Part shown: positions 24,398-35,800 of the stretch, piece by piece
Numbering within the stretch: position 1 is the stretch's first letter
Layout: each line of letters starts with the position of its first letter
NCBI GenBank assembly: GCA_004431415.1
Contig: QPMI01000048.1
Location: forward strand, 1-64,000
Length of the DNA: 64,000 nt
From: Cyanophora paradoxa CCMP329
Taxonomy: Eukaryota; Plantae; Glaucophyta
Direction of reading: 5' to 3'
Position numbers and translations under genes: made by a program
The notes under the pieces: model-generated
Seen by the model: only the letters and a program-made list of their open reading frames with translations
Database searches by the model: none
What the model was told of the DNA's origin: nothing

Positions 24398-24940
24398 GCC
24401 TAGCTAGGCCTAAGCCCGCGGCCGAGGCCCCCCCCCCCCCCCCCCCCCCCCCCGCCCGGCATCGGATACGATTCCCTGCATGCCGCCCCCCCCCTTCCCC
24501 TTCAGACGCTGTTGTATAGATTTAAACAGTCTAAACGTTGACAGTTCGCAGAAATATATATAGCGTGCTGCGCCCCCCCCCCCCCCCCCTCCCCGCCCCC
24601 CGCCGCCCCTGGTTTCCTGCCGCCCCCGCCCCTCTAAACGCTCTAAACGATCTGCCGGCGCCCCACCCCTCTCCCCCCGCCCCCTTCCCCCTGTCCCCGC
24701 CCCTCATTCTGCCCCCACCCTCTCTAGATCTCCCCTTCCCCACCGCCCCCTTCATGTCCCCACCCCTTCCCCCCCCCTCTCCTCCCCCCCCCCCAATCGC
24801 CCTGGCCTGTCCCCAGCTCCCCCCTCCCTCGCTCCTCCGCCCCCCCTGCCCTCCTTCCCGGCCCCGCCTGCCCGCCCCCCTGTTCCCGCCCCTGGCCCCC
24901 GGCGCCCCCCACTCTCGCCCCCTCCCCCCTCCTCCCCCCG

Positions 24941-27380
24941 GTGCCTCTCTCCATTGTACAGATGATGAATTTTTGACGATATCGATACGGCCGTGGCTTG
25001 ATTTTCGTAAATCGGCCCTCCCACACCCCACGCCGGCTCTAGATCTAGATCTCCCCAACCGCGTGTCCCCATGCCACCAGTTCGGCGGCGCCACCGGGCG
25101 CCGTGTACCTCCGCCATACGGGCAGAAGGGTACATGGGGTAGAAGAGGGCCGGGTATGCGGATACAGGGTAGATGGGGGTATAGGCTTGGTGGAAAGCTG
25201 TAGAAAAGGATAGGGGTGCAAGGGAGAAAAGAGGGAACTGTCGACGTCGGGAGCGAGAGTAAGGGCCTAGGCTGATCATGAATATCGATTTTTAAGGAGG
25301 GCACGGGTGACGTACGCGTCGACCTTAATATAAGTAATATGGAGCTCGAGGTGCGCGGAGGAGCTGATGGGGGCAGGGAGAGGGCTGAAGGGCGTCGTTC
25401 GGGAACGGAGTGGTGCAGAAACAATAAAGCCGTGAAAGCTTACTCCGGAGGTACGGCCCCCGGAACTCGACTCGGCGAAGGGAAGGTCGGAGATAGAAAT
25501 GCATGCGCAAAGAGAGATAGGTTGGAGAATTCGAAGCGGGAAAGGACAGTCGGCACTGCGGCATCCGAATTAGAAGCTACGTATACCGAACAAGCGAGTG
25601 AGGGTGGCCGCTCTTTGTTTTAAAACGGGGTCCGCAACCGCGCGCGGTTACTGTTGAGAGGACTACGGCATCACTACGCCGCCTAGTAGCTTCTAGCTTG
25701 GTCTATAGCTAGCCGCTGAGCTAGCGCCAGCGATACGTAACGTACGCGTACTACGGTACGCCGATATCGCGGCCGGCGCCGGCGTCCGACGGTCGATATC
25801 GATCGCGACGTCGACGTCGACGTCGGCGCCGGCGCCAGCGCTAGCTAAATTAAAGCGAAGCGACGCGCGGCGATTCTGCCGGCGAAGCGCCTAGTGACTC
25901 CAGCCTCCCAGCCGGGTACAGAGGCTTTTTGCAATTTCTATCGCCGAAGGGCAAGCAAGCTTGTGCCTCTCCCCAATGTACAGATGATGTACAGATGATG
26001 AATTTCTGACGATATCGATACACCCGTGGCTTGATTTTTGTGAATCGGCCCTCCCACATGTACGTATACACCCCGCGCCGGCTCTAGATCTAGATCTAGA
26101 TCTAGATCTCCCCGACCGCGCGTCCCCGGTCCGTGTCCCCTAGATTTCTAGGGGAGCGTCCATGGCTACGGTCCGTGTGCGCGCGCGCTGCGACACCGAC
26201 TGCGCCTTCCCCTGCCGCCCCGCCCCGCAGTCCCTCGGGATGGTCATAAGGGTACACTGCCTTGTGACACCACTCTCTGACAGAGGGCGTGCGGAAGAGG
26301 CGCTGTCAGAATGGTCAGAAGGGGACACTGCTCGATTCTTCGAGCTTGCCTAGTGCTCTACCTTACCACTCTCACCTCAACCTGCCGATCTCCCCGACCG
26401 CGCGTCCCCATGCCACCAGTTTGGGGGCGCCACCGGGCGCCGTGTACCTCCGCCATACGAGATGAACGAGAAACGGGCAGAAGGGTACATGGGGTAGGGG
26501 TAGAAGGGGGTATGCGGATACAGGGTAGATGGGGGTACAGGGGGTATAGGCTTGAGGAATTAAGAGAAACTCTAGATCTGCAAACCTTACGTATAGGGGT
26601 GTATATATAGCGGCCGAGGAATGGGTACAAGCTGAAGGGTACAAGGAAAGCTGTAGAAAAGGATAGGGGTGCAAGGGAGAAAAGAGGGAACTGTCGACGT
26701 CGGGAGCGAGAGTAAGGGCCTAGGCTGATCATGAATATCGATTTTTAAGGAGGGCACGGGTGACGTACGCGTCGACCTTAGTTATAATTAATATGGAGGT
26801 GCGGGAGGAGCGGATGGGGGCAGGGAGAGGGCTGAAGGGCGTCGTTCGGGAACGAAGTGGTGCAGAAACAATAAAGCCGTGAAAGCTTACTCCGGAGGTA
26901 CGGTCCCCGGAACTCGAAGGGAAGGTCGGAGATAGAAATGCATGCGCAAAGAGAGATAGGTTGGAGAATTCGAAGCGGGAAAGGACAGTCGGCATCCGAA
27001 TTAGAAGCTACGTATACCGAACAAGCGAGTGAGGGTGGCCGCTCTTTGTTTTAAAACGGGGTCCGCAACCGCGCGCGGTTACTGTTGAGAGGACTACGGC
27101 ATCACTACGCCGCCTAGTAGCTTCTAGCTTGGTCTAGCCGCTGAGCTAGCGCCAGCGATACGTAACGTACGCGTACGCCGATATCGCGGCCGGCGCCGGC
27201 GTCCGACGGTCGATATCGATCGCGACGTCGACGTCGACGTCGGCGCCGGCGCCAGCGCTAGCTAAATTAAAGCGAAGCGACGCGCGGCGATTCTGCCGGC
27301 GAAGCGCCTAGTGACTCCAGCCTCCCAGCCGGGTACAGAGGCTTTTTGCAATTTCTATCGCCGAAGGGCAAGCAAGCTTG
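24941..27380. repeat. Tandem duplication of a ~1.0-kb non-coding unit (24941-25961; 25962-27380 with extra inserts)
   Basis: Both units start GTGCCTCT..TGTACAGATGATGAATT and end GCCGAAGGGCAAGCAAGCTTG, with long near-identical blocks (e.g. 25562-25961 vs 26992-27380). Confidence 0.93.
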
Positions 27381-27659
27381 AACCAATAAAATTCGCGCTT
27401 GTGCGTGAATGGCTGAATTGACTTTTTGTGCCAGTGGCAATCGAGCTAAACGCGAAACTGTGTTCGTACGTCCTGTTAGTGCTTGTTAGAGGTGTCACAT
27501 TTGAAAAGTAGCCCGGCCATCGTGTTCCCTGGGGTCGAAAATGGGTACCTAGGTCCGAAAATTTTCACCTGAATCGCATTTTGAATTTACGGACAGGATA
27601 TGCACAGACCTAAGGGCCTCTCCTTTCCCCAAGGCCGATTAGAAGCGCGGACCCGGGGG

Positions 27660-28864
27660 CTACAGGTAGTCGTTCGGGTCCATCTCGCCGCAGTAGTGCT
27701 CGTGCATGCACGTGCGGCAGCACCGGAAGCCGCAGACCTGGCCGATCTTGTCCTCGTCGATCGGATGCCCCTCACTGACTGCGGTGCCATCATCCACGAC
27801 AACCTTCGTGCATCGCTCGGGCTTGTGCTCTCCGCAGAGGAAGGCGGTGGGCACGTTATAGAAGACGCCGATGCTGCTCGCGATTGTTTTTCATTCGCGA
27901 AACAAGCAGTTCGAATTCTAAGTACTCACGAGGGATTCGTCAGATAGTCCTGCTCCTGCTGGCAGTTCTGGCAGCGCCAGCGCAAGTGCTCGTTGACGTG
28001 GTCGTCGCAGAAAAACCTGCAGGAGTCATTAAACAAAAAATATTCGGATTCGCATGTACAGTTAATATTCCAATGGCAAGCACGCGCGATGCGGCGCACG
28101 CACCGGTTGCACCCCTCCTCTATACACCGCGCAACGTCGTAGAGCATGTCGCTGACGTCCGTCCTCGGAGGCCCTGTGTAGTCTATGTATTGGTCCTGCG
28201 CGTATCCGTTCCCGTGCTCCACACAGACCGTATCCTCGCAGCCCGGCGCCGAGCACTTGACGATCCAGCAGACCATCGGCGGATAGACGGTCGCGTTGCT
28301 GTAGGGCCGGCAGACGCCACGGAAGGCACCCAGGACCGGAGGGTGCTCCCCCGCGGGCTGCGAACCCGAACGCGAGCGCCGCGAAATTCGAAGCCGCGAT
28401 CAGGCGCAGTGAGAGGGCGTAGTGAGAGTGGGCCGGGAAGGGCAGGGCGCACGTCGTCGGTTTCTAAAAGGCGCTTCTCTTCCAGATCTTCTCCTTCTTC
28501 GTCGCTCTGGCGGCGCCGTCATTGGCATCACGAAAGAGATCACGAGAGATCGCGAAACTTGGAAGCTGCTCGGGCGCTATATGTAAATTATTTCTTCCGA
28601 CTTTTGGGTTCTAATTATAGATATATCATTCTAATACGAACTTCGGCGCACCTCGGCGACATCCTCCTTGCGAGCCTCGCGTTTCGCGTCCGCGGTCGAT
28701 TTTTGCGGCCCATTGCATTCTACGGCTGCAGATGTCGAGACGCGACGTTCTGCGCGGCCCTCGCCGCTCCGCTCGCTCGCCGGAGAGCTCGATGGCTGAG
28801 ACAAAGCGTTTACATCATGATCATTACTAGGGGCCCGGCCGCGATTTTCGCGCCGGGGGTGCAA
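27660..28864 (-). CDS. Orphan Cys/His-rich protein, multi-exon, start uncertain
   Basis: Exons read ..KEDVAE | SDEEGEDLEEKRLLETDD | ..VKCSAPGCEDTVCVEH..RCIEEGCNR | FCDDHVNEHLRWRCQNC | FLCGEHKPERC..VCGFRCCRTCMHEHYCGEMDPNDYL*, with GTGCG donors. Confidence 0.6.
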
Positions 28865-29129
28865 GGGGGGAACCGGGATCTAATGAAAGAGTCCTAGCTA
28901 TATATAGTGGCACGCACATGCGCGAGGCAGAACGACCCCGGCCCAGTGCGCGCGGCAGGTTGAAGTGTAAAGGTAAACACAGATCATGATTGAAAAAAAT
29001 AGAAAAGGCGCGATAAGCACACGCTGCTCAAACCGAATAAAGAAAAGCCTCAATGAAAAGCCAGATTCAGCGCACACTATATGAAAGATTGTTTTGGAGC
29101 CACGCACAATATATGAAAAGCGCACAATA

Positions 29130-31039
29130 TATGAAAAGCCAGATTCAGCGCACACCTTGGCCTTCTTGGAGGCCTCTTTGTCGTCCTCGTCCGCCTGGTG
29201 CACCTGCGGGGAGGCTCTTAAAATGAAGCGCGCGCACGCTGTCGAGGCGTCGGACCGCTGCGCCGCGGGCTGAGGCGCGGCGCACTGAGGCCTTGGCCTT
29301 CTTCGCCGGCAGCGGCACCGGGGCAGCCGGTGCGAGCTCATCGTCGCTGTCCGAGGTGACAATAGGATTGGACGGGGATAAGCCTGCCGAATTCGCGGCC
29401 TCCCGCGTCTTCTCCGCCGGCGCCTGCTCCTTGGCCGCGCTGTCCTTCTTCTCCTTGTAGATGGCCAGGCTGTGCGCAGGGAGCGTTAGAACTCTGAACT
29501 GGGCTGCAAGAGCACGAAAGAGACGCACCCTGCCGCAGCCACGGCCTGCGCGGCTTCAGGCATGTAGTCGTCCGTGAGGATCTTCGTGTTGTAGGTCGAG
29601 CTCAGCAGGAACGGGACCTCCCCATTTCCGGCCTGAGATACAACTCAGCCGACGGTGAAGAGAGGGGCGGAGTGCGCGGACATTGTGCTCTAGAATGGCC
29701 CAGAAAAGGATTGCTGACAAGCCGTCCGGGTTCGTGGCAAGATTGCGCACGAGGGCCTCGGCGCGGAGACCCTGCAGATTGACGCGAATCTCGGTCCTGC
29801 AAGCATCAGTCAGGTGGTCTTGACAGCGCCCACACGTCCGCGGTGCGCACCCGTCCGCGGCCGCCGCGACGAAGAGCTTCGATTTGCTCTCGTTCGGCTT
29901 TTCGGTGGTCGGGCGAATGATGTGGCGGACGAAGTGCACAATGCAGCTGCAGGCGATGCGATCCACGCCCATCGCGATCATTTCCGTAGGCGTGAGCTGC
30001 GTGACCTCGTTGCCGATGTTCGTGAAGCCGCTTTCTTCCAGCTCGTCAGCTGTGGGCTGCGGCCAGACAAATTGCAATATTTTAATCAGGGCACGCACAA
30101 TCTGAAGGAGAGCGCTATGCGACAAAAGCAGACGCACCTCGTCGCGCCAGAAGAGCGCCTTGGGCTCGACGAGGCCGAGGGCGGCGTCGCCAAGCAGCAT
30201 GGTGTACTGCTGGAAACGCCCGCCGATTGCGGGCTTGTACGTGGGGTCCTTCGGTGTGAGCACCATCCCGTCAACCCAGATGAACGCGCGTCCGTGTTCC
30301 TTCTGCGGGACGGGATCGGATTGAGCAAGCGTAGATTCGGGAATTCTAAACAGAAACGCGGACCAGGTCCTCGCGGAAGGAGTTGCTGAAGCTTTCGAAG
30401 AGCCGGTGCGCGTTCCTGCCGAGAATAGTGCCTTCAATGTGGCGCTGCGCAAATCCCATGTCCGTGAGTGCACTGTACAAAACTGCAATCACACAGGAAA
30501 TTAAAGCGCGGTGCACCTTGAAGAAGAAAGGATCCTTGGCATCGGGGTGCGGGTCCTCGTCTGTAGCCGGCTCCGACGCTGCAGACTCATCGTTGGACGG
30601 CAGGAGCATGTACAGCCCGGTCTGCGGTTTGCAGTATTAATGGTACATGAGGGAGGGGTTTGACGACAGCGGGGCTCCAAAAAAGAACGGAAACCGGGCT
30701 TGCCCTGGGGGTCGCGTTGTCCTGCCCGCAGAGGCTTTCGGTGCCGGCGAAGAGGACGCACACCAGTCCGGAGAAGGGTTTAGCGCCCTTCGGAATTCTG
30801 CGCGCGCCCGAAGTAGTCACGATCAGAGAGCATCTCGATGCGCGCGCGATTCCCCCCGGAATAGCTATAGTGCGGCGGGCAAAGGCAAGCGGCACGCACG
30901 AGGCCTTCTTTTTGGTGGCGCTGAGCGAGACGCGGACCTTCGCGTTGGGCGCCGAACTCGACCCGGCCGGTCCGAGAAAGGGGGCCGGGGCGGAGTTCGA
31001 CCCGACGACGAACGAACGGCTGGCTGGGCGCTTCGACAT
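29130..31039 (-). CDS. Orphan globular protein with Lys-rich (NLS-like) termini, ~9 exons; 3' end uncertain
   Basis: MSKRPASRSF..TKKKAS | ..DPFFFK | LYSALTDMGFAQRHIEG..FREDL | KEHGRAFIWVDG..LFWRDE | FVWPQP..ACSCIVHF.. | ..ILFWAILEHN | ..PAKKAK. Exon ends carry GTGC/GTCC donors. No family recognised. Confidence 0.6.
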
Positions 31040-31778
31040 CGAAGGTGGCTACGAGCACAGGACGCAGGATGAGGAAGGGCGGCGACGGCTGTCAAGGTCT
31101 GTGGAGCGGAATGAGCTTTTGCCGCGCTGTAGCGGCCGTTTTATACTGGCGAGTTCAAGCTGTACTCGCGTGCGTGCGCTGAGTGCGCCCTGGCTCTAGA
31201 TTAGTGGTTGTCGGCCGGAGTGCCACGGGCGACTCCGCAATCCGGAGGTTTCGCAGAAATTCCGCTCGCGAAAACCGGTTTTTCTTCGCGCAAAATCGTG
31301 CCGGGAGTTCGATTCACTTATTCAGTTGATTGCCTTTTCGCGGGCTAGCCTGCTTTGGTGTTCTGGTTTTTTAAAGTGGTTTTTTTAAACCAGCCGCAGG
31401 ATGAAGTGGTCTGGTTTTTAAGCGCCGCTGCACTCGACGCCGGCCATCAGTACTGGAGAGCTAGAAATATTTAGTGGGCTGCGTATACGTATTTATAGTA
31501 CTAAAAGTTTTTGGGCGATCTACTAAATATTTCTCGCGTGTTTCCAAATATCGGCACTGGAGTCTTCTCGCTTATAATCGGGAGTCTATATCTTCGCGAA
31601 CCGTCCAGAATGGTCTAAACGGACGAGAAACGAAAGCGACGCCAGTGAACAGCGCGTCTGGGGCGATGTATCAGTGTACGATACATTGGTGTTTTATGCA
31701 TGTGAGTTCTGGCATTCACGGAAAATTGTTGCGATGCCGTGCCATGCTTTTGCTGCGCATGCAGTCGGTCGCGCACGA

Positions 31779-32466
31779 TTAATCAGCATATCGATCAAGA
31801 CCGTCCGATGTCGACAGCGTTTTGCAAATTAGCCAGATTAGCCAGATGATGAGGTCTGCATTATCCACCGCGAGTTTCCCCGACAATAGTAATGCGACCA
31901 GCGCAGCGCCCTCCACCAAGGCGTTCAACCGCTGCGCGTTTGTGCGCGCAGGTCTTGCTCGGTAGAACGTCGCTCCAGCTATCACCAGCAGCACGATCTC
32001 GAAAGGGACGAGTGAGAGCGCCTCCTGCGGCAAGTACTTATTTCGAAGTTGCAGCGGCCGTGCGCGCTTAAAATTAGCTTGCAATGATGATTAATCCATT
32101 TGCAACACCTTTGGGAGTGTCCACGCGCGTGCAACGAAGCTCCGGGAGTTCGAGGAATCGCTTAAATTTGGAACTGGGGATGGTTAACGTTGCAGAACTC
32201 GAAATCGAATCACAGGTCGAGAGAGAAGCGTGCGCACTAGGGATCGCGATCGGGGACGCATCGTGCAACGAGCCGCCGCCGGCCGCATCGTGCAACGATC
32301 GCGAGCCGAAGAGAAGAGAAGAGGCTGCGGGGGAACGAACCGTCGAAAACAGAAAATTCTGCGGCGCAGCGACGAATTAAGCTGCGGCGCACGGCGGAGC
32401 GAGATGCCGAGCGGGCCGACCACATAGACCCGCGGATCCGGCGTCGGTGCGACCGCCATGCTCATG
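31779..32466 (-). CDS. Possible small orphan membrane-protein gene or gene remnant
   Basis: ATG at 32466 (MSMAVAPTPDPRVYVVGPLGISLR|GTGCGC), a second exon in phase, and downstream hydrophobic segments LVPFEIVLLVIAGA and ALVEGAALVALLL. Splicing could not be fully resolved. Confidence 0.25.
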
Positions 32467-32800
32467 ATCAATTTTGCTGCGTAAGCTCCGATCGAAATTC
32501 GCGATCCTCTCCAAGCTTTTTTTAAGCTCGAGGCTCGCCCGCCCCCCCCGGATCGAATCCCCCCCTCCCCCCCCCCCTCTCTCCCCCCTCCCTCCTTCCC
32601 CTCTCGCAATATATTCGAATTCGTGCACAGTTCAAGGTTAAGCAAACGACCGGCTCGGCGGCTCGGAGGGACCATCGGACAACTTGGCAAGGCTACCGTA
32701 GTACACGTTCAACATGGTCTTCTGTTAATATTTGTGCTATTTGCGCACGTACAGAGCTTCCACTCGCAAATAAATAAAACAGCAGACGGCACGCTGCACG

Positions 32801-35800
32801 CTAGGTTAAGCACACGATCGTGCTGGCTCGGCGGGGCGCAGAGGGCCCGGGGCCGCTTCGTCCTGGCGGGACGAGCACTCCGCTCGCGCTCGTGGAGCTC
32901 GACCCGCGGTGCTGCGCATGCAGCCCCGGACATGGATCGAATTAGCGAGCGCCGCCGGATCAAATTTGAATATTATGGTCACGGATCGAAATACGATCTC
33001 TGTCGCTTCGAATTCGGGCGGCTGGAGCGAGCGCCGTGGCACGCGCACCTCTGCCAACCGCAAGTGCCCGGCGAGGTCGGGGACCGACCGCACGCGGCGG
33101 CCCCGCAGTCGGGACCAGCGCACGGAGTCGCCGCCCTCTGCGCCCGTAACATGTTCAAAGATTTCTCAAGGAAAGGCGCCGCAGCGCCTGCAGCTTCATG
33201 CGTAGGGCCGCACCGTCGTCTTCGACGGCGCCCTCGGCAAACGCGGCGAGGCGCTTCGACAGCGCCGGCCAGTCGGGCTCGGAGCCGGCCGGCAGCCGCG
33301 CCGACACGCACTCGGGGCAGGCGGCCGGCGGGCAGCTGCCGTGCGGGCAGACCTGCGGGCATCCTCAGAGAGAGGGCGGATCCGGGGATCGAAGTAGAAA
33401 GCTTAAGAGAAATTAAAGCTGCACGCACCCCGGCCTCGAGCAGCGGCGCGAGGCAGCGCAGGCTTTCCATGAGGGCGGGGCCGAGTCCGCCGCGGAGGGC
33501 GAGGCGCGCGGTGCCGCGGGGGACGCGCCGGAGGGCCCTAAGGAGGCACTCAACCCGCGCGGCGCCCTCCTCCCTGCGCGCGCGAAAGTTCAGACGGGCA
33601 GCTGCAGCTTGCAAGGGAAGCCCAGCGCAGCGCATATAAAGCTTGCTGTAAATCTGGTTAGAAGCTCGCGGTCAGCTTGCTTGCCTGGAGTGGGCGAGGA
33701 GCTGGAGGGCGGAGGTGGCGGAGCCGTCGAGGCCCGGGCGCATCTCGGCGTAGGCGCAGCGGGGCAGCGGCCAGCTCAGCCGCAGCTCCACGCGCCCCGC
33801 GGCCGCCTCCGAGTCGCCGTCGATCGCGAAGTCTCCCGGGTCCGAGGCGGACGCCAGGACGAGGGGGGGCGGCGCCGGCGCCGGCGCCCCCCGATCTCGA
33901 CCGTGGGCGAAGCTGGCCGGCCGTGGGGCCGCTTTCGAATTCGAGGGCGGCGCCTTCGCGGCGGCGTAGGAATCGGGGGGAGGGCACTGCCGGCTTCGCC
34001 GGGCGAGGCGGAGAAGGAAGGCGGCGGCGAGCATGAGGGCGTGCCAGGCGGCGCGCGCGTGCCTCGGGAGGGCGAGGAACAGAGAGACGATGCCCGCCTG
34101 CGAACGAAGGAAGGCGTCAGCGGAGGCGGAGGCGGAGACGCCCCAATCCCGGCTGGCTGGCTGAACCCTCGAGTTTCCCGCAAGGCTACACGCTTTGCTT
34201 TACCACGTCGCTGATTTCTATTTTATCGCGCGGCGCACCGCCTCGGTGAGGGCCTTGTCGAGGAGCTGAATCTTCACTAACTTAAAAGCAAGGAGCTAGC
34301 CTTAACTAACTGGCTTGGGCGACTTGGAGCTTAGGCTGAATAAGGCTCTTATGTCCCTAATGAGAATTCGAGTGCGAGGCGCACCGCCTCGGTGAGGGCC
34401 TTGTCGAGGAGGACGACGAGGACGAGGAGGAGGCAGCTGGCAAAGACCGCCACCTCGAGCCGGCCCGGGTCCACCTGCGACGACGAGGGGCACGGGTGAG
34501 CGGGTGCTTCAGCATATAGCAAGCTTAAATTTCAAATATCTGGCGCCCGCAGCGCTAGCCGCCGTGATCTGATCATCGCGGGACGGAGGGCTTGGCGGCC
34601 CGCGGTCTGGCGCCGGCGCCGGATCTGGACTCGGCTCCGGAGACTCACGCACGTTGGCGCCCGTGTCGAGGAGGAGCACAGCGAGGAACGCGACCAGCTC
34701 ACTCGCCGTCGACACGATCTGCGCGGCCGATTATACAATTATATATTTGTTTACTGAAGCGTATGCGTTCCTGCAGCCGAGTGCTGTTTATAGCTTATTA
34801 CGTTGCCTATTTACTTTTATACGCTTCTGGATCTATAAGCTTAAGCAAACGGGGCGAATTCGAACCTGGACGAAGTTGCACCAGCGGTTGATGAAGGGCC
34901 GCAGGAAAACGAGGACGCTGCGCTCGTACAAGAAGAGAGTTAGTTGAAGGAATACGTATCAAGGAGTGCACCGGGTGAGCTCGAAAGCGAGCGGGCTAGC
35001 GCTGGCTCGAGGCCTACAGCTGCCTTAATAAGCTTCTGGATATGCGATTCTATAAGCGTTTTTATATGATAGGTCTAGAGGTCCGGGCGGCGAAGGATCC
35101 GTCTCGGAAGACGCACGCGAGTATTGCGGCGTTCGTGGCGAGGAGGAGCGCGTCCTGCGCGGCGCCGTTATAAGTAAATGGGACGCCTTCACACGGTCAG
35201 ACTTAAGCTTCGGAGAGTTGTACTAATAAATGGATGCGACATAGACATGGACTGGAAAAAGATCGGATTACAGCTCATAAACGAAGGAGCGGTTGATTAA
35301 TATTTCATGTTCGCGCCCTTGCGAGGCGATCGCGAACGCGCTAGGGGCGGCATATATGCCGCGATCTTTGAAAAACGAAAACGAAGCGTAAACCGCTCAT
35401 GATTAGCGGCTCGAATGGCTATGGGTCGAAGTTTGAGCTTCCGGATCCTGCCGCAAATGCGAAAGAGGCCGAACGGACCTGCGTGGCGGGCTGGCGGATG
35501 ACGGGGCTGGGGCCGCCCGCCAGCGCCACGAGGAAGCAGCACAGGAGCAGCTTGAAGAGCTCCAGCATCTGCGGACGTTGCTCTCAGACGTTGCGCATGT
35601 TGAGAAGTCGTTGCTTCATGATCAATTAAAGGTTCGCAGGCTCGTTGGTTAGGTCGGTTCACGACATAATAGGCCGCTTGAGCTAAAATCCTACAAAGAG
35701 CTCGACTTATTCACCTGGTAAATATACATCCCGCGGTGCTGTTCGAACTCCTCGAACAGAGCGTTGTACCCTGCGCGGGAAGGCGTTGTACCTCGTGCGG

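Noticed and set aside
24420-24940. Pro-rich / Gly-rich ORFs (24531-25424, 24538-25203)
   Set aside because: Product of a poly-C low-complexity tract; no splice structure or domain.
24958-26060. C/D snoRNA or Sm-class snRNA in the 1-kb unit (ATGATGA, CTGA, ATTTTTG)
   Set aside because: The boxes are not conserved between the two copies, there is no terminal stem or box D at a suitable distance, and no U-snRNA hallmark.
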